64,000 nucleotides of DNA from Rhizodiscina lignyota (taxonomy: Eukaryota): positions 124,001-188,000 of the forward strand of contig ML978139.1 in the NCBI GenBank assembly GCA_010015805.1. Reading direction: 5' to 3'. The notes under the pieces are model-generated. The model saw nothing but the letters and a program-made list of their open reading frames with translations. It had not been told where the DNA came from and ran no database searches. Of the stretch, positions 61,201 to 64,000 are shown one piece after another. Within the stretch, counting starts at the first letter, position 1. The number at the start of each line of letters is the position of its first letter. A program made the translations under genes and the position numbers.

Positions 61201-63120
61201 GCCTTCAATGCTTTCTTTCATTCCGTTTGCAATTAAAAGCTGAGCTGACTCTAACCATCTTCAGACGTTGTTCACACCATCACTTACTCAATTCTCATGC
61301 TCAACACCGATCTTCATGTCGCAAACCAGAACATGTCTCGCAGTGAATTCTGCCGGAATACCCTCCCGACTATTCGGCGCATCGCTGATGAAACCTCACC
61401 GGACGGGCCACGCCTGTCTCTCGAAACTAAGCGCCCAAAGAACCGCCTATCCATCCTTCCCCCAGGTCTTGATTCCTCAGACACTCCAAGCGACAACTGC
61501 GACGTGCTGGTAAACAAACCCAACGATGGCAGCACGAAGCCGTGGGAGTCGCAAGTGGAGACTGTCCTACGTGAGTTCTACAACTCAATCCGCCAAACAC
61601 CATTGCCGCTGCACGGCGCGCTGGACCCGCAGAGGAACCTGTCCACCGCTAGCGGCGGTAATAACCTCACCGTTGTGAATAGCAGCACTCTCCGTCGCTC
61701 CCCAAGTGTCCTCTCCAAGACACCTTCAGAAACAATCAGTTACCGAGGCCGACCCTCCGAAATGCGAAGCGCCACCTCCCGCTGGCCTATCGGTAACAAA
61801 GCTCGCTCAAGGCCAAGACTCTATCCAATGACGACCAACACAGTCGGCAGCTCAAGAACAAGCCTAGATGACCAAAGTGTTTGGAGCCCTGCTGCGAGCA
61901 GTACGTGGAGTAAGTACAGCTTCGGCAAGGCACAAACACAGAGTAGCAGTTGGGTTGCCTCTTTTGGTGCAGGGAGCGTGAGCGTCGAGAGCTTGGGCTC
62001 CGGCTTTGCAGGCGAGGGATATAGCCAGAGTATTGGGTTCGCAAATGCGCTGAGCCAGGCGATTACTCGGGAAGAGCATGTCGCTCGCGACGGCGAGGGC
62101 GAGGAAGAATTTGGACGAGTCAGACCGCTGCTTGAGGACGAGACGTTGGAGCTACACGGTGCACCTTGGGCAAAGGAAGGCTTGGTGGTGTGGAAGCACG
62201 ACCTCGCGGAAAGGGGTAAGAAGGCCAAGGATCGCCAGTGGAAGGAATGCTTCGCGGTCGTTGAAAAGGGATATCTTCGCCTTTTCAGCTTCCATCAAAA
62301 TTCAAAGACTCAGCGGAACAAGAAGAACCGCCAACAAGCGACCATCAATGCAGGAGGTGCGGTTGGTGGTGGGAACTGGCTAGAGGATGCGGAGAGCATG
62401 GGCTGCTTCCTCCTCAGGCAGACGCTCGCAAGTAATCTACCGCCGCCAGGATACAGCGACCAGCGGCCGCACGTGTGGGCGCTCACCTTCCCCAACGGCG
62501 CATTACATTTCTTCCACGTCGGCACCGACGATATTGGCCAGGAGTTTGCTAGAACGGCCAACTACTGGAGCGCGCGCCTCAGCAAGGAACCCCTGGTTGG
62601 TGGCATCAGCAACATCGAGTACGGCTGGAGCGACAACATCCTCAACATGGCGCTTGTCAACAAGCAGGACTCTAGGCCCGGCAGTGAAGGAAGACCTGGG
62701 TCTGCGACCGCATTACCTCGCGTGAGCGTGCAAGGCAGTCTGCGCGGGAGCATGGACAGCGCTGCTGCTTCTACTTCCGTCGTGAAGGCGCGTCTACCCG
62801 GCGACAAAGCGACACTCATCGACTGGACACCGCCAGTGCAAAGCATGATGGCGAGCCAGCTGATGGAGGTGGACCAGATGAAGGCGCTGACGAACTACGT
62901 GCGCGCACTCGAGGACGAGCTGCTCGCGCACAACGAACTGCGCAAGGCGATCAGCCTGGCGTACAGCCCGCGCCACCCCAACATGCACACGGCGAAGAAG
63001 AACTGGGAGGGCAAGAGCTCGTACCTGCTCAAGGAGATTGTGAAGTACAAGACGTATGTGAATAGTCTGACCGAGGCGGAGGCCCTCAAGGAGAAGATAT
63101 ACGCGGAGCGCACGGAGTAG
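58235..63120 (+). CDS. SYT1: Sec7-domain ARF-GEF with PH domain, Syt1-like
   Basis: Long disordered N-terminus. Sec7 motifs AESQQLDRIIDAFSQRW and MLNTDLH are joined by intron 61197-61264. PH region WAKEGL..LLRQTLAS..TANYWSARLSKEPL. Confidence 0.88.
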
Positions 63121-63692
63121 TAACACTCACACTAACACTAACTTCAAAAACGGGAGACGAGATGTACGAGAAGGCTTGAATATCAGTTTATGAAATGACA
63201 TATTGGTTCGTAATTTTGACTTGCAGTGCACATTGATGAATCGGCACGTGAACATGCAGAGGTTGGCTGAAGGTGGATGAGTGGACTCATGTTGTGATCG
63301 CATGCATTCTTTGCGCACAGGGGAGTCGTGTCTTCGAGGAAATGGAAGTCGACGCCTTCTCAGGTGAAAGAAGCAGAAAGTCAACTATGGCAAGTGTTTC
63401 TATTGCAGAGGGGACAAGCGCGTGAGTTGAACATTCTTCCGTTCTCTGGGTATGTTTTTCACCTGCCGTTGCAACTTCACAACCGTGTTTGCCCGCAACA
63501 CCGTTGGTGAAGGGAGAGACATGTGACTAAAGAGAGCAACAACAACTGAAAACTGAGAAAATTGATTCCGATTCCATGTTAATGCAGAAAAGCAATCTAC
63601 CCGTGGAGTATTGAGCTAGCAAAGCAATCACGCCTAACAATAACATCCCGCCATCCAGCAATCTTCATCACTCGTGTAAAACCATTCCATTC

Positions 63693-64000
63693 TCATTTCC
63701 CGACCCTCCCACTCCTGACCTTTTGCCTCTGCTTCGGCACTCCCAGTCCCCTCCTCTGCATACGCGCACCCTGCATACCCCGTCCCCTACCCCTCGGACT
63801 GTGTCCGCCTCTGCCTGACCCGCCATTTGCTCTGCCACCTCTGCCACCTCGTGGAGTGCGCGGACTAGTGTGGTTCGACTTTCTCGCGTGTGCAATCTCT
63901 TGTTCGTCGAGCTCCATGTCATCGTCGTCATCATTCTTGCCCTTCTGCGGCCGATTCGTGAACTTCAGCTTCCCTCTCTGCCCGCGCTTTGCGGAGTCCC
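63693..64000 (-). CDS. RRP12: 3' end of an Rrp12-like ribosome biogenesis protein (partial)
   Basis: DSAKRGQRGKLKFTNR..DDDDDMELDE followed by an RGG-rich tail and RRGLG. The frame is open to the window edge. Confidence 0.65.
   Translation of the reverse strand, partial: DSAKRGQRGKLKFTNRPQKGKNDDDDDMELDEQEIAHARKSNHTSPRTPRGGRGGRANGGSGRGGHSPRGRGRGMQGARMQRRGLGVPKQRQKVRSGRVGK

Overview
This is gene-dense DNA from a filamentous ascomycete (Pezizomycotina, inferred from short GT..AG introns with CTRAY branch points and from the gene set). It holds about 22 apparently intact protein genes: PRE8, a RING-CH E3 ligase, DIC1, MSF1, a Uds1-domain protein, PRPP synthetase, RPS6, a sulfotransferase-like P-loop protein, a WDR62/MABP1-like WD40 protein, acetyl-CoA synthetase, an ADAM protease, VPS39, a GPI-type surface protein, two F-box-like proteins, PTH2, AYR1, LYS2, a crotonase, a SYT1-like Sec7-PH GEF and the 3' end of RRP12. 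The most notable signal lies between these genes, where several gaps contain decayed genes that the ORF track shows only as fragments. (1) A heavily eroded Dicer-like 2 relic at 1-1750 (-) has a destroyed RNase IIIa signature. (2) A probable HET-domain relic sits at about 16.6-17.3 kb. (3) A GT32 gene lacks a clear ATG. (4) A Zn-cluster/ankyrin gene is frameshifted. (5) A duplicated RMD5/GID2 RING fragment carries RIP-like CpA>TpA changes. I found no tRNA, rRNA, CRISPR array or recognisable transposon, and no clearly novel multi-gene system. The best lead is apparent loss of RNAi and non-self-recognition genes. All family assignments come from manual translation and recalled motifs, not from database searches.
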